Source: Elusimicrobia bacterium RIFOXYA2_FULL_39_19
GTDB lineage: Bacteria > Elusimicrobiota > Endomicrobiia > CG1-02-37-114 > XYA2-FULL-39-19
Direction of reading: 5' to 3'
Assembly (NCBI GenBank): GCA_001800285.1
Contig: MGVC01000075.1
Location: 19,058-83,057 of the forward strand
Length of the DNA: 64,000 nt
Positions within the stretch are counted from its first letter, which is position 1. Each line of letters begins with the position of its first letter. The position numbers and the translations under genes were made by a program. The notes under the pieces were generated by a model, which saw only the letters and a list, made by a program, of their open reading frames with translations, was not told the origin of the DNA and did no database searches. This document shows, piece by piece, positions 18,322 to 27,044 of the stretch.

Positions 18322-20034
18322 TTGCTGGGAAGCACTCCGATGTCAAACGTAAAAGGCGAAATCGGAGAAAAAGACAAAAAAACTAAAATGAAAAGAATAA
18401 ATACAACAAATTATAGCGGAATTGAAAACAGCGTGAAAATCGCTGTTAAAGCTATTTTTGTTGTATTTTCTTATATAACTCTCACCTTAGCCCCCATCAT
18501 TTCTCTAATCAACCCCGTTGCACAAGCATCCTCATCAGGTGGTCAGCCTTGCCAATTCCTCCAGTGGGCAGCCGGCGCAAGATCACTTGGTATGGGTAAA
18601 GCATTTTTCAGCGTAGCTGATGATGCCAGTGCCACTTACTGGAATCCCGCAGGATTAACCCAGATTGACAGACAGGAAGTAATGGCTTTGCACAGCAATC
18701 TTTGGGCCGGTACATCTTATGATTTTATTTCTTATGTTCAGCCGACAGCGAAGTACGGAGTATTCGGAGTAAATATAACCAGAATGTTTACCGGCGGTTT
18801 TGAAAGAGTAAATTTTGGTTATAACGAAACAACCGGCGAAATCACCTTTTTAAAAGGCGAAGAATTTTCAGATGACCAGCTGGCTCTGACTTTCGCTTAC
18901 GGCAGAAGAGCTATGAAAAATCTTTCAATCGGACTTTCAGCAAAGATTATTCAGAGAACTCTGGATATCTACACAGACAACATGATTACTTTTGACGGCA
19001 GTGTGCTTGTACAGGGATTCAATTCATACCTGCCGGGCTTAAAAGTAGGGTTTGGAATCAACAACATTCTTACCCAGAGCTTTAATACTCTGGATGTCCT
19101 GCCCATGACTCTAAGGCTTGGAGCTTCACACAAATTCTTAAGAGATAAACTGACAGCTTCTTTTGATATTGTGAAAAACATGAAAGCAAACTCTTCCTGG
19201 TCACTGGGTGCGGAATACTGGCTGGTGAATTTTGTTGCCCTGCGCCTTGGTTTTGACGGCGACCAGGGGTTCCGTGAATCCAGTCTGGGCCTTGGTTTCA
19301 AATACAAAGATTATGGTATTGATTATGCTATGGCAATTCATGAATTGGGCGTTTCCGCCATGAGAGTCAGCGGTTCATGGAGATTCGGTAAATCTGTGGT
19401 TCAGAACAGAGATGCTATGGTCAGAAGGCTTATCCAGGAAGGGCTGGAATCTTACCGCAAAGGCAATTTCCTTATTGCATTTAACCGTCTTGAAAAAGCT
19501 TCCGGGATTGACCCGACAAACAAAGAAGTTCAGAAAATACTGCGCAAATTGCAGACTGTGGTGGGTTATGTAACTTCAGCTTCTGCTGATACGGAAGAAT
19601 CTAACGGTATCCGCAAAGGTATCAGTTCTTATATTGAAGATGATTTCTCCGGCATGGTAAACGGTTTAAGATATGCTTATTATAAAAATCCTCAGAATGA
19701 AAAAATTATCCAGCTGCTCAATGCCCTGGAAAAAGAAAACAATCTGTCTCTTACGGAATCTTACAGAGAAGGCCCTGGCGGCTGGACTATTATTGATAAA
19801 AAGATATATGACGCACGTCAGTCAGTAGTAGAAGGCAAATATGACCAGGCCTTAATTAAATCTCAGGAAATCCTGAATCTGGAGCCGGGCAATGTAACAG
19901 CTCTTGAAATTATGGGTAGCGCATTCTTCATGATGCAGCAGCCTGACAGAGCCAGAGATGTATGGAAAAAAGCTCTTGAACTTGATCCTACTAACAAGAT
20001 GCTTCAGGACTTTATATATGAACTGGGAGAATAA
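18322..20034 (+). CDS. Outer-membrane beta-barrel of the FadL/PorV superfamily with C-terminal TPR extension
   Basis: Signal-like stretch AIFVVFSYITLTLAPIISLINPVAQA, then the N-terminal barrel signature AAGARSLGMGKAFFSVADDASATYWNPAGL. About 290 aa of alternating beta-strand sequence follows (ALRLGFDGD, SLGLGFKYKDYGIDYAMA). The last ~200 aa are TPR-like (GKYDQALIKSQEILNLEPGNVTALEIMGSAFFMMQQPDRARDVWKKALELDPTN). The TTG at 18322 abuts the leader T-run, so ATG 18340 or ATG 18388 (MKRINTT...) are more likely starts. Confidence 0.75.
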   Translation: MLGSTPMSNVKGEIGEKDKKTKMKRINTTNYSGIENSVKIAVKAIFVVFSYITLTLAPIISLINPVAQASSSGGQPCQFLQWAAGARSLGMGKAFFSVADDASATYWNPAGLTQIDRQEVMALHSNLWAGTSYDFISYVQPTAKYGVFGVNITRMFTGGFERVNFGYNETTGEITFLKGEEFSDDQLALTFAYGRRAMKNLSIGLSAKIIQRTLDIYTDNMITFDGSVLVQGFNSYLPGLKVGFGINNILTQSFNTLDVLPMTLRLGASHKFLRDKLTASFDIVKNMKANSSWSLGAEYWLVNFVALRLGFDGDQGFRESSLGLGFKYKDYGIDYAMAIHELGVSAMRVSGSWRFGKSVVQNRDAMVRRLIQEGLESYRKGNFLIAFNRLEKASGIDPTNKEVQKILRKLQTVVGYVTSASADTEESNGIRKGISSYIEDDFSGMVNGLRYAYYKNPQNEKIIQLLNALEKENNLSLTESYREGPGGWTIIDKKIYDARQSVVEGKYDQALIKSQEILNLEPGNVTALEIMGSAFFMMQQPDRARDVWKKALELDPTNKMLQDFIYELGE

Positions 20035-20140
20035 ATAGATGAACGCAATAATAAATGCAATAATTGCAAGTTTTGCAACTAAGCCAATGTATTTAGGAAT
20101 TAATAATTATAATTATTATATAAAGGGAGTGAAGACTAAA

Positions 20141-22009
20141 ATGAAAAACATTAAAATCCTTATGTATCTGGTTGTTGTCTTTGTTGTTAATCTGGGCTCG
20201 TTTCCTCTTGTGGCTCAGGTAAAGGACCAGGTAAGCCCGGATGTAAACACATCCCTCTACTTGCTTGAACAGGAAACAAATTATGAAAAAGAGCAGGCAG
20301 ACTATGTGCAGAAGAACATTCTTGACAGGATATTCGGTAAAGGCAAATCATCAATCATTATAGATGTCCAGCTGGGGCTTGAAACCGAAAGACAGTTAAG
20401 CGAAGCGAAGGAAAGAACTTCTGAAAGAAAAAGAAAAATGGGCGATATTGAATATATGCTTCCCGGTATTCCCAACCCTAAACCCGTGTCCCAGGAAACT
20501 CCGGCGGGAGAAAGCAAAAGCGAAGCGGGTGAAAAAGCCGCCAGTTCAGTTACCACCAAAATGACAGTTAAAAAACTTTACGTAGTTGTTGTGCATGACC
20601 AGGCATTAGCCCAGGATAAAGTGGATGTAGTAAAAGAAACCATAGCAGCTTCGTTAAAAATAGATACAAAACGCGGCGATGAGCTTATTTTCAGGAAAGC
20701 AAAATTTGCCAGCGATATTATGCTGGTTATTATGGACACTATTGTAAAACCGCAGTTTTTAATTCCGGTTTTCATAGCGCTTCTTCTGTCTATGTTTTTG
20801 TTCGGGCCGTTTTCAAGCTTTTTGAAAAACTATGTTAACACCCTGCGTGAAAGAGGCGGCACGGAAATCAGCGTGGATTCAAAACTTGAAGGTGCTGGAG
20901 CGGGCGCCCAGGGTGCGGGAGCAGGCGGTGGCGGCGTGGGCGGTGTGGGTGGATTAACAGAAGCTGAGATAGCCGAAAAAGAAAGAAAAGAAAAATCAGA
21001 AAAAGAAGGCGAAGAAGAAAAGTACATGCCTTTTACTTATATCAGCGATGAAAATTTAAGAAGGTTAAGCTACATAATTTCCAAAGAAACACCCGCTACC
21101 ATAGCGCTTGTATTAAGCTATCTTAAACCTGAACATGTCAGGGAAGTGCTGACAAACTTATCCGAAACGCTCCAGGCGGAAGTGGCTGTTAATTTAGCCA
21201 CTGCCAGGCAGCTTACCCGCGATGAAGTTGTCAGGATTGATGCGGACATAAAACAGAAAATCGATTATCTTGTCGGCGGTATTGACCAGCTTCTGAAGGT
21301 TGTTGAACAGGTGGACCGCGTAACCAGAAACAATATATTTGAATACCTGAAAAATGAAAAACCGGACATGTACAATATTGTCAGGCAGCACTTGTTTTTA
21401 TTTGACGATGTGGTAATAATACCTGATCAGGCCATGCAGGTTGTAATCAGAGACCTTAAAGTGGAAAATATAGCGCGCGCTTTAAGAGGGGCTGCCAAAG
21501 AAGTCATGGATAAATTCTTTGCCAACATGAGTACTGGTGCTAACAGCCTGGTAAAAGAAGAAATGGAATATGGCAAGCAGATGACTACTGAGCAGATTGA
21601 AGAAGAGAGAAACAAGATAGTTGAAACAATTAAAAAACTTGAAAGTGACGGGAAAATATTCATTCGTGAAAAACCAAGATTAGTTCTTGAGGGTGTAGAG
21701 GCCAGCCAGGAATCCCTGTTGTCCGGAGTGCCTGCAGATGTTCTGGAACAAGCCCAGGAATACTTTAACTATGGTGCGAATCTTTACAATGAAGGCAAAC
21801 TTGAAGAAGCTATCCAGTACCTGGAATACTGTATTTCTCTTGACCCGGGTAACGTAGACGTATATCAGTACCTGGGAAATGCCTACTACAGCCTGGAAAG
21901 GTATCAAGAAGCGCTGGATAATTTCCAGAAGGCACTGGAGTATAATCCGGAAGACGCAAATTTGAAGGGTTTTGTTGAGCAGTTAAAATCTATGTCAGTA
22001 GTGAAATAA
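20141..22009 (+). CDS. FliF-like ring domain - TM - FliG-like (middle + C-terminal) domain - TPR fusion protein (non-flagellar context)
   Basis: Start moved to ATG 20141 (RBS AGGGAG upstream; MKNIKILMYLVVVFVVNLGSFPLVAQ is a signal peptide or TM1).
- The periplasmic part resembles the FliF/YscJ ring-building region: YVQKNILDRIFGKGKSSIIIDVQLGLE...VKKLYVVVVHDQ....VDVVKETIAASLKIDTKRGDELIFRKAKF.
- Then come a TM segment (FLIPVFIALLLSMFLFGPF) and a Gly-rich linker.
- A clear FliG-like sequence follows: ETPATIALVLSYLKPEHVREVLTNLSETLQAEVAVNLATARQL...GGIDQLLKVVEQVD...LFLFDDVVIIPDQAMQVVIRDLKVENIARALRGAAKEVMDKFFANMSTGANSLVKEEMEYGKQMTTEQIEEERNKIVETIKKLESDGKI.
- The C-terminal ~90 aa are TPR (EGKLEEAIQYLEYCISLDPGNVDVYQYLGNAYYSLERYQEALDNFQKALEYNPED). 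Confidence 0.75.
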   Translation: MKNIKILMYLVVVFVVNLGSFPLVAQVKDQVSPDVNTSLYLLEQETNYEKEQADYVQKNILDRIFGKGKSSIIIDVQLGLETERQLSEAKERTSERKRKMGDIEYMLPGIPNPKPVSQETPAGESKSEAGEKAASSVTTKMTVKKLYVVVVHDQALAQDKVDVVKETIAASLKIDTKRGDELIFRKAKFASDIMLVIMDTIVKPQFLIPVFIALLLSMFLFGPFSSFLKNYVNTLRERGGTEISVDSKLEGAGAGAQGAGAGGGGVGGVGGLTEAEIAEKERKEKSEKEGEEEKYMPFTYISDENLRRLSYIISKETPATIALVLSYLKPEHVREVLTNLSETLQAEVAVNLATARQLTRDEVVRIDADIKQKIDYLVGGIDQLLKVVEQVDRVTRNNIFEYLKNEKPDMYNIVRQHLFLFDDVVIIPDQAMQVVIRDLKVENIARALRGAAKEVMDKFFANMSTGANSLVKEEMEYGKQMTTEQIEEERNKIVETIKKLESDGKIFIREKPRLVLEGVEASQESLLSGVPADVLEQAQEYFNYGANLYNEGKLEEAIQYLEYCISLDPGNVDVYQYLGNAYYSLERYQEALDNFQKALEYNPEDANLKGFVEQLKSMSVVK

Positions 22010-22045
22010 TATATAAAGCGGCTAGCAGAAAGCGGTCAGGGAAAA

Positions 22046-22207
22046 ATGCAAACAGTTATCAAAACATTAATCATGCTAAATGACAACCTGGAAAGCTTAA
22101 CCCCCGTAAGAAGCGGTGGCTGCTCTTTGGTAGCCGCAAAATACGACGGGTACAGAGTTTACTTCTACGGGGGTAGAACAATTCTTGTATCCGTCACGGA
22201 ATTATAA
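22046..22207 (+). CDS. Possible small protein (53 aa), unknown function
   Basis: Read by hand; it is below the ORF-track size cut-off. ATG at 22046 follows AGGG 4 nt upstream. Translation: MQTVIKTLIMLNDNLESLTPVRSGGCSLVAAKYDGYRVYFYGGRTILVSVTEL. It fills most of an otherwise unexplained 220-bp gap in a tightly packed cluster and its composition is not low-complexity. Confidence 0.3.
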   Translation: MQTVIKTLIMLNDNLESLTPVRSGGCSLVAAKYDGYRVYFYGGRTILVSVTEL

Positions 22208-22230
22208 CTATATTTATCGGAGGTTCACCA

Positions 22231-25200
22231 ATGGATTTATTTGAAAAATTCAGATCTAAGAAAAAAGAAGATGTTTTAAAGAAAACAGAAAACGAAAAGC
22301 GCATTGAAAACTCCCAGACAAAAAAGGAGCATCTGCTGGCAGACATTAAACTGATTGAACAAAAAATTTCAGATCAGAGAGAGTCAGCTTCAGAAAAGCT
22401 TAAACAGAAGGATGAGGAAATAATTAAGCTTAACCTGCAGGTGGAAACTATCGAAAGAAAACATGTATCCGGACAAACAGCCGGACAAAACGACACCCAG
22501 CAGCTGCAGAAAAAATGGAAGGATGAATATGACAGATTTGAACAGATGATGGAAAAAGAACGGCAGGGCTGGGAAAGCAAAATAGATTTGAAAGAACAGG
22601 AATTTGAATCCGAAAAGAATAAAATAGAAATTGAGGAAGCCCAGGAAAAATACAGTATTGAACAGCAGAAAAATGAAATTGAAACAGAAATCGATACTCT
22701 GGAAAGACAGAAACATTTATATGAAGAAAGGCTTAATAATGAGCACGAAATATTTTCAACAAGAATACAAAGCAAAGAAGAAGAAATAGTTTCTTTAAAA
22801 GCCCAGGTGGCTTTAAGAGACAGCCAGATGCGTTCTGATGCCGAAAAAAATTCACTGGTAATAAGGGATTTAAAGGAAAAGTTGGACCTGCAGTTTAAGG
22901 CGGCAGCAGAAAAGCTTGAAAAGCAAATTGAAATCTGGAAAAACAAATACAGGGCCAAGGAAAATGAATATATTACCTTTCGTGCACAGGCAGAACAGCG
23001 CCACGGTGAACTTGTTCTTAATTATGACGGAAAGCTTAAAGAATTAAATACAGAAAAATCAGCAATTCTGGAAGAAATAAGCCTCTTTGAAAATAAAATA
23101 TTCCAAGAAAAGCAAAAATATGAAACAGGTCTTAAAAAACTTGATGAAGAAGTGAATAACCTGCGCATAGAAATAATGCTGAAAGAATCTCAAGTAAAAA
23201 CAGAGCAGGAAAATAACAGGTTGCAAGTTGAGCAGGAAACAATCCGTGTAAAAAAGCAAATAGAAGAACTGGAACAGAAATTCATTTCAGAAAAGGAAAA
23301 CAATGCAAGAATAATACAGGGAAAGGAACAGGAGCTTGAAACTCTTAAAATACAGGCACAGCACAGATTTAGCGAAATAAATGGCAATGCTGAAAAAGTA
23401 CGCAAGGCATACCAGTACGAAAAAGAATCCCTTTTTGCTCAGATAAAATCACTGGAAGAAAAGCTGGAGCAGGATAAAAAATATTACCAAAACCAGGCAG
23501 AGCTTAAAACAACAGAAATACAACAGGCCAGGCAGGAATGGGAACAAAAACAAAAAGAAATTCTTTTCGGACATGAAAAGATACTGGGCGAATTAAATGA
23601 AGAAAAGGCAATACTGGAAAAGGCCGCAGAAGAAATTCAGGGAAAATACACGCAGGAAAAAGTATCACTGCAGAAAAAACTTCAGGAGAAGGAAAAGGAA
23701 ATACAGCAGAAGCTAGCGGAAACAAGAACCAAGGAACAGGCATTAAAAGAAGATCTTAATAAATTTGAAAAAAACCTTGCAGATGAACAGTTGCCGCTAA
23801 AGAACAAAGTAAATGTGCTGGAAGCCAGGATAAATGAGATAAACCAGAAAGGAGCAAAGGCTGTTGAGGAACATGAAAAGGCCCTAGGCCAGCTTCGTGA
23901 AGAAATTAAAAACAGGCAGGAGGAATATAAGCAAAACCTGCAGGCAAGAAAAGGAGAAATTGAAAAAGAAAAAGAAATATTAAAGAACAGAATCAACATT
24001 TTGGAAGTGCAACTTAAAGAAAACATAGAAGCCTTTAATGTGCAAATAGATAAAAAGCAGCAGGAAATTCAGGAAATTGAAAAACAGATTTCTGAAAAGT
24101 TAAGCAAAAGCGACGAAATAAAAAAAGAGAAAGAAAGACTGCTGCGTCAGGAAACAAAAATGCTTGAAATAGAAGCATTGGGCCTTCAAAAGAAAACTGA
24201 AACAGAAGAAAAAAAGTTTTCAGACCTTATAACAACCAACGAGCTTAAGAAAAAAGAACAGGAAGAAAAAGCGGCTATAGGAGAACAGTTACTTAAAAAC
24301 AAAATAAATGACCTGGAAAACAGGTGGGAAATAGAAAAACAAAAATCGGAATCAGAAATTGAATCTTATAAAAAGAAAATAGAAGAAGAAAACATAGTCC
24401 ACAACAGAAAAAGACAGGAAAAAGAAGCATGTATTGAAGAACTAAAACAGAATATATTCAGGCAGGAAAACAGTTTAAGGGAAGAACTGATAGTCATAGA
24501 AGAAAGAATCTTAAAAGAGAGAGAGCCAATTCAGGTAAAACGAGATTCGCTCGTATTGAAAATTAAAGAAACCGGACACTCAATACAGCTTCAACTAAAA
24601 GGATTTGAAGAAGAAATAGCCAAGCTAAAAGACAGAATGCAGGAATCAGAAAAGATATTGTCCCAGGCTTACGGGCTGAAAGAAAGTGAGATTGCCAAAG
24701 AAAGGACTGTTTACCGCAACACATTCAAAAACATTTTAAAAAGTATCGAAGAGTTAAGAATTACATCAAAAGAAGTACTGCAAGAAAAAGAAAATGAAAT
24801 AAGACTTTTGCAAGAAACCATGTCCCAGGATGTACAGAAGTTTTCATCCCAGGCAACTATAATGCAGAATGAGTGGGAAGGCGTAAAAGCGCAGCTGCAG
24901 GAAGAAATTGACAAGCTTGAGGAAGATTATAGAAATATTGAAACAGAGCTTCCGGGAATATTACAGGAGAAAGAATCACAAAAGCAAAAATTACAGGAAT
25001 TGATACTGCAGTATGACCAGGAAACACAAAAACAAAAACAAAAGATTGAACAAACCATTGAAAAATATAAAAGAAGAGCAGAACAGAAAATACAGGAAAC
25101 AAATAAACTATTTGATACGGAAAGCAGAGACCTGGCAGAAGCTCTTGAGAAGAAAGAACGGGAATACGAGTCAGTCAGAGAAGGATTGGAAAACGAAAAA

Positions 25201-27024
25201 CAGCTTATTATCGACAAAATAGCCGCACAGTCACAGGCATATGCTACAGAAAGATCAACTCTGGAACAGAAAAGAACCGAGGCCCAGGAAAAGACAAAAA
25301 GATTTGAAATGAATGCCCTGGAACAAATAAGGCTGAAGGAAAAAGGCATCTATGAGTTTCAGAATGAACTAACACTTAAGCAAGAGATGTGGCAGTCAGA
25401 AAGAAAACAACTACAGCTTGATGTTGAAAAAGAAAAGGGGATAATAGAGCAGGGCCTGGCAAACCTGAAGCTAAAGCACGAAACAGAAATTAATGAAATT
25501 CAGGAAAGAATAAGGCAGAAAGACCATGAGCTGGGTGATTTGCAGTTAAGGCACAGCGACGAATATAGAAAACTTGTAGATTCCCAGACACAACAGAAGC
25601 AAACCTTGGATCAGGAAATTGATAAATTACAGAAAAGCCTTGAAGAAGATCGGGATATTTATAGAAACACAAAGCAAGAATGGGAACAAAAGGTACAGGA
25701 AAAAGAAAACGAACTAAATGAAATACAGAACAATTTTGAAGCTCTTAAAATAAAAGCAGAAGGAAATATCGAAAAACAGAAATATGAATTTGAAAACGAA
25801 AAACAGCAGCTGCAGGAAGAAATAAGAAAAGTTGAACTTCAGCTTGCAAAAGAACAAAAGGAAGCAGAAGAAATACTTGTTAAGAAAGAAGACGAATATA
25901 AAACGTCGGATTTACGCCTTGCAAAAGAAACAGAATTACTGCAAAATCAATGGAAAAATGTTGAGAATGAACTACTGGAAAAAAGAAATGAGCTGGACCT
26001 TACCTTGCATAGCATAGAAGATAAGTTAAGTTATGAAAAAGTTGAATGGGAAAAATCATATAAGAATCTCTTTGTACAAGTCGATAAGCTTAAACTTACA
26101 AAAGCGCTTAAAATATCAGAAACAGAATCTGAGCAGAACCGGATTGCTTACGAAGTTAAAAAAGCCCAGCTGAGCTGTACGGAAAAAATTTCGGATATGC
26201 GGCATAGGTTTGAAAGAGAAAGAGACAGCTGGTTTACGAAAATAAGGCTAAAAGAAGAAGAGATAAAAATGCTCAGAACCAGGGTTTCCGCAAGAAAACA
26301 AAGGATAGAGTCAGAATATTTAAGAAGACAGAAAGAATTGCAGGCAGCAATTCTTGACCTGGAAAATGAGATAAATAGAAACAAAGAACTCTACGAAAGC
26401 GAAATACCAGCAAAGAAAAAAGAAGCCGAAGCGCTAAAGGCACAAGTACAGGATTTGCGCAGGGAAATTGAGATTGTAGAAAAAGCGTGGCAGGACCAAA
26501 AAGAGAATGTGCTGAATAAAAAGAAAGCAATTTTAGAAGAGTTTGAAGGCGATCTTTCAAAGATAGAAAAGAAGACCAAAGAAGAAGTTGAAAATATAAA
26601 GAAGATATTTGCTTCAAAAGAGAAGCTAATTGAAATGCTCAAGGAAGATGTGGGTATAAGAGAAAAGGAGTTAGGGCTGGAAGTTTCCCAGACCAGATAC
26701 TCTCTGGATTCTATAAAAGAAAAAGTAAAACTGGTAAAGGCAAATATTCAATCTTCAACTATAGTAAAAGACAAAGAAAGCACAGAAAAGCTTCTTGCTG
26801 ACGGAAAGAAATATTATGATTCCGGTTCTTATGGCGATGCCATAAAGAAATTCGGTGAAATATTGTCGATAGACGAAAATTATTTATTTGCATATGAGTA
26901 CCTGGCGTTATGCTACAAAAAACTCGGCATAAACAACGAAGCGCTTAAATATGCAGAAAAAGTACTGGGTTTTGACCCTAATAATAGAAGGGCTCGGGAA
27001 ATTATAAAAGAAATCAGAAAATAA
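22231..27024 (+). CDS. Giant cytoplasmic coiled-coil protein (1,597 aa) with C-terminal TPR module
   Basis: RBS GGAGG 7 nt upstream. No signal peptide or TM segment. About 1,500 aa of continuous K/E/Q/L-rich heptad-type sequence. The last ~75 aa are TPR (GSYGDAIKKFGEILSIDENYLFAYEYLALCYKKLGINNEALKYAEKVLGFDPNN). Confidence 0.85.
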   Translation: MDLFEKFRSKKKEDVLKKTENEKRIENSQTKKEHLLADIKLIEQKISDQRESASEKLKQKDEEIIKLNLQVETIERKHVSGQTAGQNDTQQLQKKWKDEYDRFEQMMEKERQGWESKIDLKEQEFESEKNKIEIEEAQEKYSIEQQKNEIETEIDTLERQKHLYEERLNNEHEIFSTRIQSKEEEIVSLKAQVALRDSQMRSDAEKNSLVIRDLKEKLDLQFKAAAEKLEKQIEIWKNKYRAKENEYITFRAQAEQRHGELVLNYDGKLKELNTEKSAILEEISLFENKIFQEKQKYETGLKKLDEEVNNLRIEIMLKESQVKTEQENNRLQVEQETIRVKKQIEELEQKFISEKENNARIIQGKEQELETLKIQAQHRFSEINGNAEKVRKAYQYEKESLFAQIKSLEEKLEQDKKYYQNQAELKTTEIQQARQEWEQKQKEILFGHEKILGELNEEKAILEKAAEEIQGKYTQEKVSLQKKLQEKEKEIQQKLAETRTKEQALKEDLNKFEKNLADEQLPLKNKVNVLEARINEINQKGAKAVEEHEKALGQLREEIKNRQEEYKQNLQARKGEIEKEKEILKNRINILEVQLKENIEAFNVQIDKKQQEIQEIEKQISEKLSKSDEIKKEKERLLRQETKMLEIEALGLQKKTETEEKKFSDLITTNELKKKEQEEKAAIGEQLLKNKINDLENRWEIEKQKSESEIESYKKKIEEENIVHNRKRQEKEACIEELKQNIFRQENSLREELIVIEERILKEREPIQVKRDSLVLKIKETGHSIQLQLKGFEEEIAKLKDRMQESEKILSQAYGLKESEIAKERTVYRNTFKNILKSIEELRITSKEVLQEKENEIRLLQETMSQDVQKFSSQATIMQNEWEGVKAQLQEEIDKLEEDYRNIETELPGILQEKESQKQKLQELILQYDQETQKQKQKIEQTIEKYKRRAEQKIQETNKLFDTESRDLAEALEKKEREYESVREGLENEKQLIIDKIAAQSQAYATERSTLEQKRTEAQEKTKRFEMNALEQIRLKEKGIYEFQNELTLKQEMWQSERKQLQLDVEKEKGIIEQGLANLKLKHETEINEIQERIRQKDHELGDLQLRHSDEYRKLVDSQTQQKQTLDQEIDKLQKSLEEDRDIYRNTKQEWEQKVQEKENELNEIQNNFEALKIKAEGNIEKQKYEFENEKQQLQEEIRKVELQLAKEQKEAEEILVKKEDEYKTSDLRLAKETELLQNQWKNVENELLEKRNELDLTLHSIEDKLSYEKVEWEKSYKNLFVQVDKLKLTKALKISETESEQNRIAYEVKKAQLSCTEKISDMRHRFERERDSWFTKIRLKEEEIKMLRTRVSARKQRIESEYLRRQKELQAAILDLENEINRNKELYESEIPAKKKEAEALKAQVQDLRREIEIVEKAWQDQKENVLNKKKAILEEFEGDLSKIEKKTKEEVENIKKIFASKEKLIEMLKEDVGIREKELGLEVSQTRYSLDSIKEKVKLVKANIQSSTIVKDKESTEKLLADGKKYYDSGSYGDAIKKFGEILSIDENYLFAYEYLALCYKKLGINNEALKYAEKVLGFDPNNRRAREIIKEIRK

Positions 27025-27044
27025 TAAAACAGGAGGAAGTAAAA

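Noticed and set aside
20039-20140. Upstream ATG (20039) for the FliF/FliG-like gene
   Set aside because: It would add 34 non-hydrophobic residues before the signal/TM segment and lies only 2 nt after the upstream stop (TAA 20032-20034). ATG 20141 has an AGGGAG RBS and gives a normal MKNIKIL... signal-like N-terminus.
20141-22009. Calling the locus a flagellar operon, or the FliG-like region an MgtE N-terminal domain
   Set aside because: No FliM/N, FlhA/B, FliI, rod/hook, flagellin or MotAB genes are nearby. For the MgtE reading, there are no CBS pairs or MgtE membrane domain, and the similarity extends through the FliG C-terminal (torque-helix) region, which MgtE lacks.
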